NCBI GenBank assembly: GCA_973851085.1
Contig: OZ316775.1
Coordinates: 10,912,001 to 10,976,000, forward strand
Reading direction: 5' to 3'
Origin: Ptychomitrium polyphyllum
Taxonomy: Eukaryota
Length of the DNA stretch: 64,000 nt
Of the stretch, positions 45,557-58,700 are shown one piece after another. Within the stretch, counting starts at the first letter, position 1; the number at the start of each line of letters is the position of its first letter. A model generated the notes under the pieces. It was not told the origin of the DNA. It did not search any database and was given only the letters and a program-made list of their open reading frames with translations. Position numbers and translations under genes: made by a program.

Positions 45557-46530
45557 TATCTGTACCTGAGAAGAGTTTATACCAGGGTATGTTGTATGTC
45601 GCATGACGCTCTGACACTCATTTCTAGAGCTTTCCAAGTCATGATGATCCTGAGGGTTGTACCATAGTAGTGAGATTGCCATGCAATGTCCTCAGTTCTA
45701 TTTCTTGGAGTGGTCAGACTAGGAAAACCAACCTCAAGTTAAACAATTTAGAAATGTATCGACAGCTTCAGTTCGATTGTCTCAGTAAAGATTATATTCT
45801 TGGTTTAAACTTGTTTGATTCCGTCCTTTTGATCTGGCTTATGCTTTCGTTATCCTCGTAGCTCGCTGCATGTTATTGACATTTTCTCATGGCTTTTACG
45901 TTTCTATCAAACAATTGGCACCTCGGAGCAATTTTGTTCATGATGAGCGTGTGATATCTGCATACTTCTGCAACAATAGATTGCTATACATGGGGCATGC
46001 TGCGGATTGTGGACCTCTCCTCACGAACCAAAAAGCCTAAATGTGGAACATATTTTTAGACTGCAAGTAATCACGACAGTAATTCTTGAAGCAATATGAA
46101 GCTTAATTTATGTTTCAACTGCAGATAACTTAGCTTAGTTGAAATGCACACTGCAGTTACAAAGTAACCGGTTATTCAATAACTTCTATTTTCCGTAAGG
46201 GTGAAATTTGTCTAAAAATGGATACCACCTTGGACAGTGGTCGAAGTGGTAGCAAGTAGATTACAGAAAATAACACATTGCAAGCTATTTGCACTGAAGA
46301 CACATCAATATTTCCCTAAACCTGGACATGCTCATCCTAGAGTACTTCATAGGACATGTCAATCAAACATGTACCCGGTTGGTACCCGGTTGAAATGATC
46401 AACACTTTTTTCTACTATGCCTCTAAAATGTACACAAACTTCATAACATTTGGTCCTTATCGTGATCATGTCAATAACTTAACTTGTCTATGCTAATTTG
46501 AACCTTAATTCATGCACACTAAGCTTCAAT

Positions 46531-46624
46531 GTTTGAACCTTGTTTCACGCAAATTAAATTTTATTAGTTGTCTTGTTGTTTGAACCTTGTTTCACGCAAA
46601 CTAAATTTTATTAGTTGTCTTGTT
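46531..46624. repeat. 47-bp tandem duplication
   Basis: GTTTGAACCTTGTTTCACGCAAA(T/C)TAAATTTTATTAGTTGTCTTGTT twice. Confidence 0.9.
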
Positions 46625-46719
46625 GGCAAGTTGTTATAAATTTATGTAATAGCTAAGAAAGTATTTTCACTTATTTTCGAGATGTTCAATATTTTTTAAT
46701 TTGTTTAATTTTTTTTGTT

Positions 46720-46845
46720 TGTTTATTTCTTTCTTCCTTTACTTACTTATTTTTATTTATTTACTTATTTTCTTATTTTCTTATTTACTTATTTATTTAT
46801 TTATTTACTTACTTATTCATTTACTTATTTATTTACTTTATATAT
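46720..46845. repeat. Imperfect (TTTA/TTAC)n microsatellite
   Basis: Read directly from the sequence. Confidence 0.85.
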
Positions 46846-47013
46846 AAACAAGGTGGAGATTTTTCTATATTGTATAAGAAATTGAGATAAGTTATTGGTT
46901 TTTCAAAGATAATTTAATGAAGCTATGTGCTTTGCTTTCCAAGAGTAATTTGAGAACAATAATGTTACAAGTGAATTTAAAATTCTTAGTCCTTCTAATA
47001 TGCCTTAAAATAT

Positions 47014-47092
47014 TTTTCAGTTGTCAGAGTAGGGGGGTTCTTTGAGTTTTCAGTTGTCGGAGTAGGGGGAGGTCTTTGAGGTTTCAGTTGCC
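47014..47092. repeat. About 33-bp tandem repeat, about 2.3 copies
   Basis: TTTTCAGTTGTC(A/G)GAGTAGGGGG..TCTTTGAG units. Confidence 0.8.
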
Positions 47093-50000
47093 GATTGTCG
47101 CAGTGCATTACCCTTCAACAAGCGACCGGCTTCTAGCTGATGTCTGTGTTGGGCGGTTTCTGCCTCCAAATCTCTCATGTAAGCTATTCTGCTCGCAATG
47201 CGTTCCAAGCTCTTTCTGCAGCGTTTTTGAAGTGCAAGAGAGCTAGGGACGCGTAGGAGTCATGTCGAGGACCTCTCGACGTGACCCCTCCGCGTCCCTG
47301 GCCGCTGTGTTGGATTTCCTTACTCCCGCCACCATTGCGAATTTTCCGTCACGCTCCGAGCTTGTTGCTCTGATACCATATGTTACATTCTCTGATACCC
47401 GTCCATTGAGAAGCACGCAATCACCGCGAAGGAGACGAAATTTGTGGAGGCATGGGGGCTTGCGAGGTACAAGATGGTCATCGGGAATGCGCCCAACGGC
47501 AGATTGGAAGTGGTGAGTTCGTTGAAAGTTAGAGTTGAGTTTAGTTTTGCCAACCTCGTTTAGACTCTGCTGTCTGTGTAGGTTCTTTTGTACGTGTTTG
47601 GATTTTCTTGTTCTTCTTCGACCACCTTCCACTCCCTGGTGCAGGAGTCTAGTACGTTTCAAGTTTGCTGCAGTATCAGGTTTAGGGTTTGGCTCCTCCT
47701 TTGAAATGTACCTTCTCGTGGTCTTGCAGTTGTTTTTTTGAGCAACAGCTCGGTTTGGAAGTGCATCCAAGTACTTATGACAAGAACGGGGTGAACTATT
47801 ATCGGATCAGCAATCAGTGCCCAAGTTACCAAAGACCCAAACCCTTCTAAATGTACGCAGTGTTTGCTGCCAGCCAACATGAAGAGCTGGACCGGATTTG
47901 CTTAGTGAAGGGGCTTATACTTTTCCCCTCTAAACCAGCAAGAGGTGAGAAACGAGGGTCGCAGGAGGGTGTAGCCGACAAACCTCTAAAATTCTCCACA
48001 ATTTCTGCTACTGAGCAGACCAGTCACGCTGGGGGTTTAGAGGCAGGCCAAAACTCGAAGACCGAGAAGCTTCTCAACCCGTCCAGGGCTGCAATGCCCT
48101 ACGTTGTTCTGCAAAGGATATAGTGACGACCTAGCTGCAGGGGGGTGGTCCCGGGAGGGCGAAGGATGAGGCGATGCAGTCCATGGCATTTACCACGACC
48201 TGCAATTGAATGGGGAAGTCTTTCCAGTGGACAAAGGAACAGCCAATTAAAGTAACTGACAGTCCCTTGCGAACTAAACCTTAGCAGGTCCTTGGTCCTG
48301 CTGGCAAATCGGACAGGGTATCCATCATCGAACAGTTTTTTTCCAAGTCTCGGGATCTGAAGGAGCTGCAAGTCCAAGTTCTTCCCTGGTCCCGCTATTG
48401 GACTTGAAGTGGAAGTCTACTCTCGACAAACCCCGCAAGGGGTTACGAATTAGTCGAGATCTCGTGAGCAGGTAGGGGAGGCAAGGGCAATTGCTGCAAA
48501 GATGACCACCGAGGATCTCATCAACGTGGAACCACCAGCGGCACATGTTCCCGTCTCCAGCCTTTCCAGCCTTTACTACCTGACCAAAGAACGGAAGTCA
48601 ATGCACTGGTTGGACCGCAAATATTTGGACAAGCCACAAGAGTGCATGGAACTACTACTCCCGAAGTTGCATTTGAGTGGGGAGATGAGGGGAAACTTAG
48701 TCACGCATTCGCTGACTCGGTGGACTGTCCTCCGGAGGTAACGCCTTTGTTTGCTCTCTTGGTGTATTACTGTATTACAGCCGCAGGCAAGATAATAGCA
48801 TCTGTCCAGTATACGTCAATCATCCCTCACGCTTTTATACGACAGTGCAGGACACAATGGAAAATGGTAGATTTCAGATGGAACCATGTAGGAGACGTCA
48901 CCTCACAGGACGTTGGTTCATGTCGTGTGAGACGAATGTTCTACTCAACTCTTAGTTTAAATAAATATTAAACCACCTCCTACGCCTTTATACATAGCTT
49001 GCCTTTATACATAGCTTAGTATAGCAATAAGATATCACAAATCTCAGCCTATCACATTGCTCCGTAAAACGTTGGACGCAATTTTAATAGATGTATATTG
49101 TGAAATATTCAAAAATTCCTTAGCTTTTAACACAAGGAACTATAAAATATGAAATTCTATGCAATACCATAAATTTAATCCACAATTTATTAGTTAACGT
49201 TATAATATACCAAAACTTATAACAATATCTGAAACAATATACTAATAGATCTTTAAGCTTTACCATATTATATCGTTTTTAATCTTGTTTTTAATAAAGA
49301 TTTAATTTATAAATTAATCCACTTTGTGCTCCTTTTAATAAATACTACATGTTTATGAATTTGTTAATATTTTTTCACAATGTCTATTATTTTCGTAACA
49401 TTTTGTTAATAAATTGATGAACCCAAAAATATATATATTGAATCGACTTGTCCATCAAATTTTTATTCAATATGATAGATTATTCCAAAGGTTTTTTATT
49501 TAAACTTTTCATGATGAAAGTTAGTTGGTTGTTTTACATTTTAAACTAAAGTTTTAGTACATGTGTTAATATTATAAATATGTTATGTTATAAGCTTTGG
49601 CATTGATTAACAATTGAAAAAATAATATGTTTCTTTTAAGACCTATATTACACGTAAATGACTTAAGAAGCATCTTATGTTTGTTGCCCATTTTTCACAT
49701 ATTATTTGGGATTTTTTTAATCTTTTTTGAAAAAATATACATATATTTTAATAGGATATCAAGCTTAAATGAATTTGAATCATGTCAATCTAATTTAAAC
49801 ACCATCTATAGAATTTTTTCAAAGTGAAACACCTTATTGTTGTCATAGTGTTATAAAATTTCCTATATCAAGCAAATAGTCATGTTATTGTTGTTTATAA
49901 GTTATTGTTTCGTTTGTTACAATACAACATCCATTATTAGCCAATCATTTCAAAATTAAAGTACCAATTTTTTTTTAATTATAGAAATGATGAAACTTTG

Positions 50001-53000
50001 AAATTTAACCTCTTTTGAATTAATTAAATGAAGATTTAAACCAATTTGTGAAGGCCTAACCGTACAAATTTTTTTCTTTTCATCTTTTTTTTATTCGTTC
50101 AAACTTCATTGAAAGTGCAAAAGTCACTTAATATATCTCATTTTGGTCTTGATTTGTACACCTTGTATCTTTATAGATTTTATTATGGAATTTACTTGAA
50201 AAAAGAAAAACTGAAAATATATTTATTCATTACTAGCAATTCACAGTATTTATAAACTTCAGTAAACTAGCTTGAGATTTAACATTTAAGGATGAAGCAT
50301 CATAGGTATGATAGAAAGATTTTCTTGAACCTCTCACATTTTTCCTAGAATAATTTTCTCACACTTATTTCTATGTTACATCTATTTGTTTTCATATTAT
50401 CATATGAAGCATTTTTTTGATATGTCTTAGGTTTCCATCCATGGACCCTACCTTATTAAAGCCTAACTAAGTGATAAGGAAACATCTTTTCTTCCTACAC
50501 ATGAATTCAATTGAGATATTTGAAGATGTTTAAATATAAATCTTCAGTATTTTCACTTCTCCCTACTGCAACATTTTGTTGCATGTTTCTTGGAAGAGGA
50601 GAACCTTTATATCAATTCACACAGCTTCATTTATTTCCTTTAAGTCATGCTTACAGTCTCCCACTTTTCAAAGTGAAACTGCATACTTCTAACTGTTGAA
50701 GGATGCTATGCCAAAGTAAACAAATACTCTGTCCACTTGCATCAATCAAGATGCTAACAGTAATACAAATTTGACTAAATTCAAGGAGAAACACATTAAC
50801 AAGCCAAGCCATACTGATAAATATGTGGCATGTTGCTCCTGCTTTCTCATGAAGTAGTGAAGGGACATGCACCTTGAATAACCACTGCAACCTGTGTAGC
50901 ATTGATAATCCCCATTTGAATTATTGTTTTTGAAGCATTTTGTATGGTTTCTCAGCAAGGAATTTTCAACACTAACAAACTAGTACAGTAGTTTGAAATG
51001 ATGCATTACAAGAGTGCCAAATATCCAAGTTTGTATGAGACTTTGGGGTTTGATTTTGTTTTGATATCACTAAAAACATACAGAGGCATTGAATGAGCTT
51101 CTAATGAGGAAGAATGGGTCATGAAGCAATACTTTTTTTGTTTCAAGCTATATTTGTCCAATTATGACAGGTTTGACGATTTTATCAAGAGGGTTCGAAA
51201 ACATGATAGAAAATTAGTAAACACCACAGAGAAATCTCAGATATAACCAAACTTCACCTCAGTGTTACGCAAGTATCATCTAGATATTACAAGAAAAAAA
51301 CTGTGGGTACAGGCAGAATCAGAAAAATAACCTCTGTCATGAAGTAAAGACCTCGCCACATGTGGAGTCCTTGTAATGGACAGTAGTGGGACTTTAATGA
51401 TTCACTTAGCCGTTGGAAGAGCTCTCTGCCCAAAATTATTCATTTAACGATATGAGAATGGTCAAACTACAGCATCAATATTCAGAAGTTATACCAGTGC
51501 ATAAAATTAACCAGTAAAGCTTAATCTACTCCTCTCCTAAAATTTAACAGAGATCATTTTCAAATACAATATTTCTCTACTCTTTGTAGGTAACAACCTG
51601 AGCTCTTGCTTTTACAGGAGAGAAAAGAAGAATTTCACACAAATAAAAAGCTATTTCATTGAAAGTATTAAAACTATCCGAAAATCTAGTCTAAAAGGGG
51701 GAAGTTTATGTAAATCCTTTTTTCTCAAATTAAAGAAAAATTGGTTCTTCATGAAGACTGAAGCAAGTGTATATTAAGATGTTATAATAACAATCATACT
51801 CTTTTATAAGAAGACTAGATATACATACGAAAAAACCAAGGTGATGTGACTATATGAAATGACAAAATATAAAACGCCAAGTTTATAAATAGATAAATTA
51901 GATATTTCATTTATTTTTCAGTCACAGTCGATGTTAAATATTGGCAGATTTTAATATTTAAAGATTATTCCAAAATTGTTGATGTATCTTACGTTGTAGT
52001 TACTACTACAAAATTCACTAAGGTGCTACAGTGGTACTGCATAGTCTCAAAATTCTGTGAGTTTTTAATAGCGAAATTTTTTATAGTAAAATGAAACATT
52101 TTTAAATGATCCTTTTCATATCTTCCACAAAGATACATTTCCAAAAGTATCATGTTGTCAATGGTTTCTGAAATTGAAAATGAAGGCCATGCATTTCTTT
52201 AAGTCATGAAGACCTTGCTCTTCAGTTTAGCATGTTTGATGCTACATAAGACAGAATTATTCCATCACAACCAATCTCATCAACTACTAAAAATTTTAAA
52301 CCGACTTGTGCATTATTATTAACAATCAAACTCTTCAACACTAGTAGTTTAGGTTTTGTAAGTGATATTTACAAATTGAAATTGGGTGCAAATGGAATCA
52401 CGGACTAGTGATGATGCAAGCAATAACGTAAAGTGGTTAGTAGTTGTAGTTTGAGTGATTTATGAATTTGTGTACTAGGAGTGATTTTGACCTTTGACCA
52501 AAAAAGACTCCTCCAAAAGTTCATAAGAAATCTAGATTTATCAAGAAAAATATGTTCTGAGTTCCACTGAACTTCTGACCTGTTTTCTATCGGCCAAGAA
52601 CTGCTGAAACTTACAAAGGCAAGCAATCTTTATGGAGGTAAAGGGCTGTTCCAGCATACTATTAACAGTCATATGGAAGGCCATCATATAAACGCCAGAT
52701 AAGTGGCGCTATGCCAGTATACATGGTGCCCTATGATGCTCTGTTGAATTCAACAAAAGCAAAATCTCTTCCAAGTATGGTAATCTAACTAACTTACAGA
52801 CTGCAAAACATGGGCTCTGGTCTGCAGCTGTAAGTCCTGGTTGTGCATGGAGACTGACTCGTTGAGCAGGTCATCATTCATCCATCCGTCAAAAATTCAA
52901 TTTTGAATTAAGAATAGAGAATGGACCAGGACTCTAAGTCAGTTGGGATTTTCTGCAGTGATGTTTCTGCAAATTCCCACTCATGGAGTTCAGTTGTAGG

Positions 53001-55265
53001 CTGCCACTGTAATTTTCCAGACATTCCTTATTTATAATCACAACAATAAAGCCCTAGCATCTGGGGTATGTGAGAACCAGTTTCTACCGTATTTAGAGAA
53101 TTTCAGCAATAACATTGTTTGAAATTTTTTAAGTTCTTCCACAAGGTTTTACACCTTATGTGCTATAGCCCATTGGAGAAGCAATTTGGAGATGAGTAAG
53201 AAAGTGAATTGGTTGTCTATATGGTAGTAACTATTGTGAGAAAATCTTCTCATTTTGGAAGTACTATTGGGATGACAATCTAAGAGCTTATTTGCATGAA
53301 AAACTATATCTCATTAAATATTATTTTAATATATTTTTGTCTTCTTCTATAAATTGTCATTTTCTTGGAATCATCATGTTTAGGCCAAAAGGTTTTACTT
53401 TTGCCATCTCTTAAGAAACAATGGAAAAGATCTTGAATTTAGAAACATGAAAAATGAAGGGGAAGTTAATAATTTTCATCAAATGCACATTGAGGTGGAA
53501 AGTGGCTAGGGAAAGATATCAAGCATCATAGGGCCCCTTTACACCTTCTCATGTAAGAGAGAAAAGAAGCAATAAATTTCAACTCAAGACTTGAGTAGTT
53601 TAGGAAAAGACAGTCTATGGGAGAATATGGGAAGACATTAAAATAATTAAGGTGGAAAAAGTCCTTCTCCCATGGACAAGCTTTTATATTGCCACTTCTA
53701 AAAGTGGTCAATGGAAAAAGTCTTTTCGACAACAATTGGTCGCATATAAGTGCCCAACTCATTTTCTCATCAAATTTCAAATTGTTTCACTTGGAGATAA
53801 GGGAACAATGTATAAAGCCTTCTAGAAAAATTTGAAATTTTTAACTAATTACATCATTTAGGTTTTTAAATATGACAAAACCTCTTCTCTAATGTGCAAC
53901 GCCGGAGGGTGTAAGTCAACCCTTAGAGTGTAGGAAGTATTCCATAAGTGTTGAGTGATCTTGTTTCCTGTCTTGCGTTGAGCTAAATTGCTCCTTAAAT
54001 TATTGTCAGAAGTTATGCTTTAGAATGTTTCCACCATTTCAGATGAAAGTTTTAGTGCATTTACTTGCCTAAACTCATGTACAAATGAAAGACTATGTTT
54101 ATGCTCCTCTGTGTGCTGTTTATAGTGTTTGCTTCACATTTAATTAAGTTCTCATCTGGTGAATGCAAGAACTGTCTCAGTGGAAAGATCTTACAATTCT
54201 TTTAGGGGACAAACAGCATCTTGTTATCTTGGCCACAAGCATTTGATATTCCTACATTCATGCATTGCCAACAGTATATGATTCATAGAATTGGCATAAT
54301 CAGCAACTCCTGATAGAGGATGATTGTTAAACTTGACTAACTTGTGTGCAAACAAGTGCTTTGTATAACTATACAGTCAGAAAGTACCCCAAGGAAAATC
54401 CAGGTAATGCAAAACAACCTGTGGGATCTATAAAAGGTTAAAACATAAAGCATTTTAGACCATGCTTGTACTAGGAATTTGACTTTGTTGAAAATGGCCC
54501 CATTAGCTATATGAGTCTATAAGACGTTCCGTTTTTGAATAATCACACTAATAGAGTTTGGAGTTCAAATTGTACCCAAGTTGAATCCAATGTTTTTACA
54601 TCGATTTGTGTGAGTGCACAAAGATAATACTGATTACAAAATTAATGTAAATGTTATATTACATACAATAGGCATAATATGGTTAATTAAAAAAGAGATT
54701 AACTTCTTGATGCTGAGGGTATAATATACAATATTTTTATTTGTGTATACATATTTCAACTTCTTTTTTCACTACTACATGTATTCTTTTTTATTTGTAC
54801 TTAAAGAAAAAATTGTATGCACAACTGTTGCGAAAAATATCATAGATGCATATGAGGTGGAATGTACGTATTAAGTTCATTTTCCAAGAGGTTGCAATGC
54901 AAAATATCATTATTCTTCATGACAAAAACCATTCTTTGTGTTGTGGAAATATTTATGTAATCTTTGCTTGTTCGATTTTTCTTGTTCAAGTTCATATTAT
55001 AATAAAATGCAAGGATTAATACTCTATGGCTCAAAGGCAAATACATATTGTCTATTTAAAGTCTTTGTTACTTACTTAAAGTTGTTTTCTTGAAAAGCGC
55101 ATTGTTTCAAATTTATTCATGAAATCGCAATAAGTGCAATGTTTATATAATATTCTTGTATATATGTATGAATTCTCTATATTTTCAAATCTATATTATG
55201 GATGGGCATGTTGATTGCTATAATTTCTTGCTTTCAAATCTCTATTCAACAATGGTAAGCTAATA

Positions 55266-55767
55266 TGCTACAATAGGATTGAATATACTACTAAAAACAC
55301 AAGAAACAAGAAGCAAAAACGAAGTGTTTCCCAAGAATTAGCTTCCAAAGACCTAATGATTAACAAGAACTTAATACAAAGACTAGAACAAGGCAAGATT
55401 CAAGATGATCCACAACTTGTGTTGGGAAGACTAATAAATACCTTGTCTTGCCTCCTATTTATACTATGACGTTTTTATTTCCTAGGATACTTCTAAAGAA
55501 GCTTCCTACAAGGCTTAAGAATGTTCTAGAAGTCTAAGGAACCTTCACAAGAAATTTCTTAAGATGTTGGAACCTTCCTAAGAAGCTTCCAAGGAATTGG
55601 AACCTTCCTTGGGAGTTTCTTATGGTGGTAAAACTTTCTTAGGAAGTTTCTTAAAATTGTTGAAACGGCTATGAAGAAATTTGAAAGTATTTTAAGAAGT
55701 TAGTATAATATACCAGAAGGTTCTAGAAGGTTCTAAAGAATATTTTGCATGATCCATGTCTGTGACA
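55266..55767 (-). mobile_element. Probable solo LTR or LTR-retrotransposon remnant
   Basis: The minus strand starts TGTCAC at 55767 and contains repeated AGAA(C/G)CTTC/TTCTAGAA motifs and an internal GTATAAATAGG TATA box near 55460. The left end is uncertain and no clear target-site duplication was found. Confidence 0.5.
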
Positions 55768-58700
55768 TATACTTGAGCTTAAAGCAATAAATACAAGCTT
55801 GTTTGATAAGTGAAACCATTACAAATAAAATATTTTTTATCAAATAATGAAATTTTAGACAAATTGTGGCCTAAAGCTTAAGTGAAATCAAATAGAAGGT
55901 CATGCTTATGATGCGAAAAAACACAACATGATACAAATATTAATACAAAAACATGCAAAAATTTCTGGAAAAACTTCATCTTTTAAAAACTCAAATTGTC
56001 CAAAAAAAATCCAAAAACAAAAGATGTTTTTAAATTTTGAAATACTTAGGCCTAAAGTTGTTTTTTTAGCCATCTAATTTTTAGTTTCTTTAATCTTATA
56101 AGAAATAAGCAAGTTGTATTATTTTTAAGTGCAAAAAAAACTCAATATAGGATGTAAGTAGACTTCTCATCTATGGATATTTTCCAATCTCTATATCTTC
56201 ACATAATATACTATTGAATGCCAAGCCACATTAGATGGATGAAATGTAATTGAATTTATGAAGCTTTCATTCATTTAATATAAATTTCATGTTATTTGGC
56301 CTTGTTAAACCTAATCACAATTTAAAGAGATGTTAGTAGAGAAGCTTCTTTGGACTTGGCATTCCTTTATCAAGTTAATTTTGGTGAGTATTTTTTGAAT
56401 TGCTTTTTATTGTAGTTTTTGCTTGGGTATGATGGTTTAGCCATAAAAAAACCTTACATTTCTTCTATCACTTGCACTTTTTGATTTTCTTTTGATGAAG
56501 TAAAAAGCAATTTGATTTTGATTCATCTCTTTTTTGAAAGATTATTGACAATATATAAAATTGCATTCAATGTATTAAATCTCTAATATCAGATTGCACT
56601 CAATTCAAATTATAAGTGAACTTTTGTTTTGATTTATAACACATGCTAATGTAAATACATAAGCTCCATTCTAATACTTTATATTACCAATTGAATTTTA
56701 TTATTTATTTTAGAAAAAATCTAAAATATTAAAAAATATTGATTTAGTATATATAATATTGTAAAATGTGACTATTTAAATCTCTTAAAGAATTTTGTAT
56801 TTTCAACGCAAGAATTTTAATTTTCTTTTGAAATTAAATTGAAGATTTTCATATTTTAAAGTCTAATTTAATACCTTAGTGCCAAATAATCTAATTCTAT
56901 ACACTAAAGTCATTTTAATATTTTCAAGAAAAACATTAAAAATTGAATTGCAATCTTTCAATAATACAATACATTATAATCCTTTTACTTTTTTATATTC
57001 AATTCTATGTATTGAAAGTTTCTTAGGATTTCCACATAAATTATCAAATTTTATCAAAGTTTTCCAAATTTTAATTTATCTACGCCAATTATAATTTTTG
57101 TTAGAATACATTTTGTAGATCTAATTATTTTTGGCCATTGAATGCAAATTTAAGTTGAATTAATAAAAAAATTATTACTTATGAGGAGTCATATGGCCAT
57201 CTACAGAAAAAAAAGTCAACAATGTAAACACGTTCACAAAACACACATTGATGGTTTATTAATGTTATATTTGAAAGTGAATAATTGTAATGTGATTTTG
57301 TTTATAATGCCCTTTATTGATTTGTCAAAACATCTTCTTTTAACATAATAACTTTACTTTCAAACAAAGAAGGTGGCCATTATATTTTTGATAATTTCTT
57401 ATATTCTTTTATATTATTCCATTTACATCTTTAGTATTGGAACATGAAACTGTACCAGTTCCAAAACAAGAGTTTTTGTCCTCATTAGCAAAATTGCATA
57501 AATAAAGTTTTATTTATTTTTATTAGCCTATATTTACAACCATCAATTATATATATTAATTGAAGGAATTTACTTTTTTATAAGAAGATAGATATCGTAC
57601 CATACATATAAATTAAATGAAATACTAATTGTGTTAGATGACATTTATATGTTGAATATTTTGTACAACTTGGAACGCTAAACCATAAATTTTGTTGTTG
57701 GTTGAATAAAAATGCACATTTTATATATTAGACTTATATAAATATAATTTATAATGTGTAATAGCTTAGAATTCTTAAGAATTATACATCTATGATGTTC
57801 AATATACTAATTTTGCAACCATGTAACAATTACAAAATGAGCTTGATTTTCTTCAAAAATGGATGAAATAAATAATATTTAGTACATTTAAAAACAAACA
57901 AGTACTTTACACTTCCAAACACCAAAAGATGGATGGGCACATTCTACCATTAATTCAAAAAAACTTATATTAATTTTACACAATTTGTATTTTTGATGAC
58001 ACAAACTATTGTAGAATAGATTTCTAATGGTTTTATATAATGCATAAACCATGCACTTGGAATTATAGAAGATCTATGTGCAATGTAGCTATGAGTTTTT
58101 AAGAAACAATGGCAATTATGAAATATTGATTCACATACAAGACTTCATTAATGACTAATGTTTCAAATTAACCACAACAAAAGAAAAATGACCAAACTTT
58201 CACGTCCTTTGGATAAATAATCATTAAAAAATCAATAATTATAAAAAAATTCAATTGAAGAATATTTATGTACTATTGATATTAAACTAATAATTTTTAA
58301 TCTATCAAGTAGTATACATTTTCATTGTCTTTAAAAGACATCAATGGAATTATTGAGATATCTTATGAAGAATTTTAATGGAGTGGATAAAAAATGCAAG
58401 TTAAAAATGTGTGTTCAATATAGTAATGAAGTGAATTATGGCATGCATTTAAAATCATAAGAAGTAACTTTTTTTGCAATCTTGATAATATGGAGGAAGT
58501 AAATAAAAATTGTGTTTTGAAAGAAAATTGTATGACTTTGATGAAATATTGCAATTGCATTGACAAACACTTGCATATTGCAGTAGAAAGATAAATACAA
58601 CTAAATTTAGAAATAAAAATCTAAGAAAAAAACTATTAAAAGAATTATAACATGGATCAAGTTTCAATTCTCAATAAAAAATTATGCATTATACATATGT

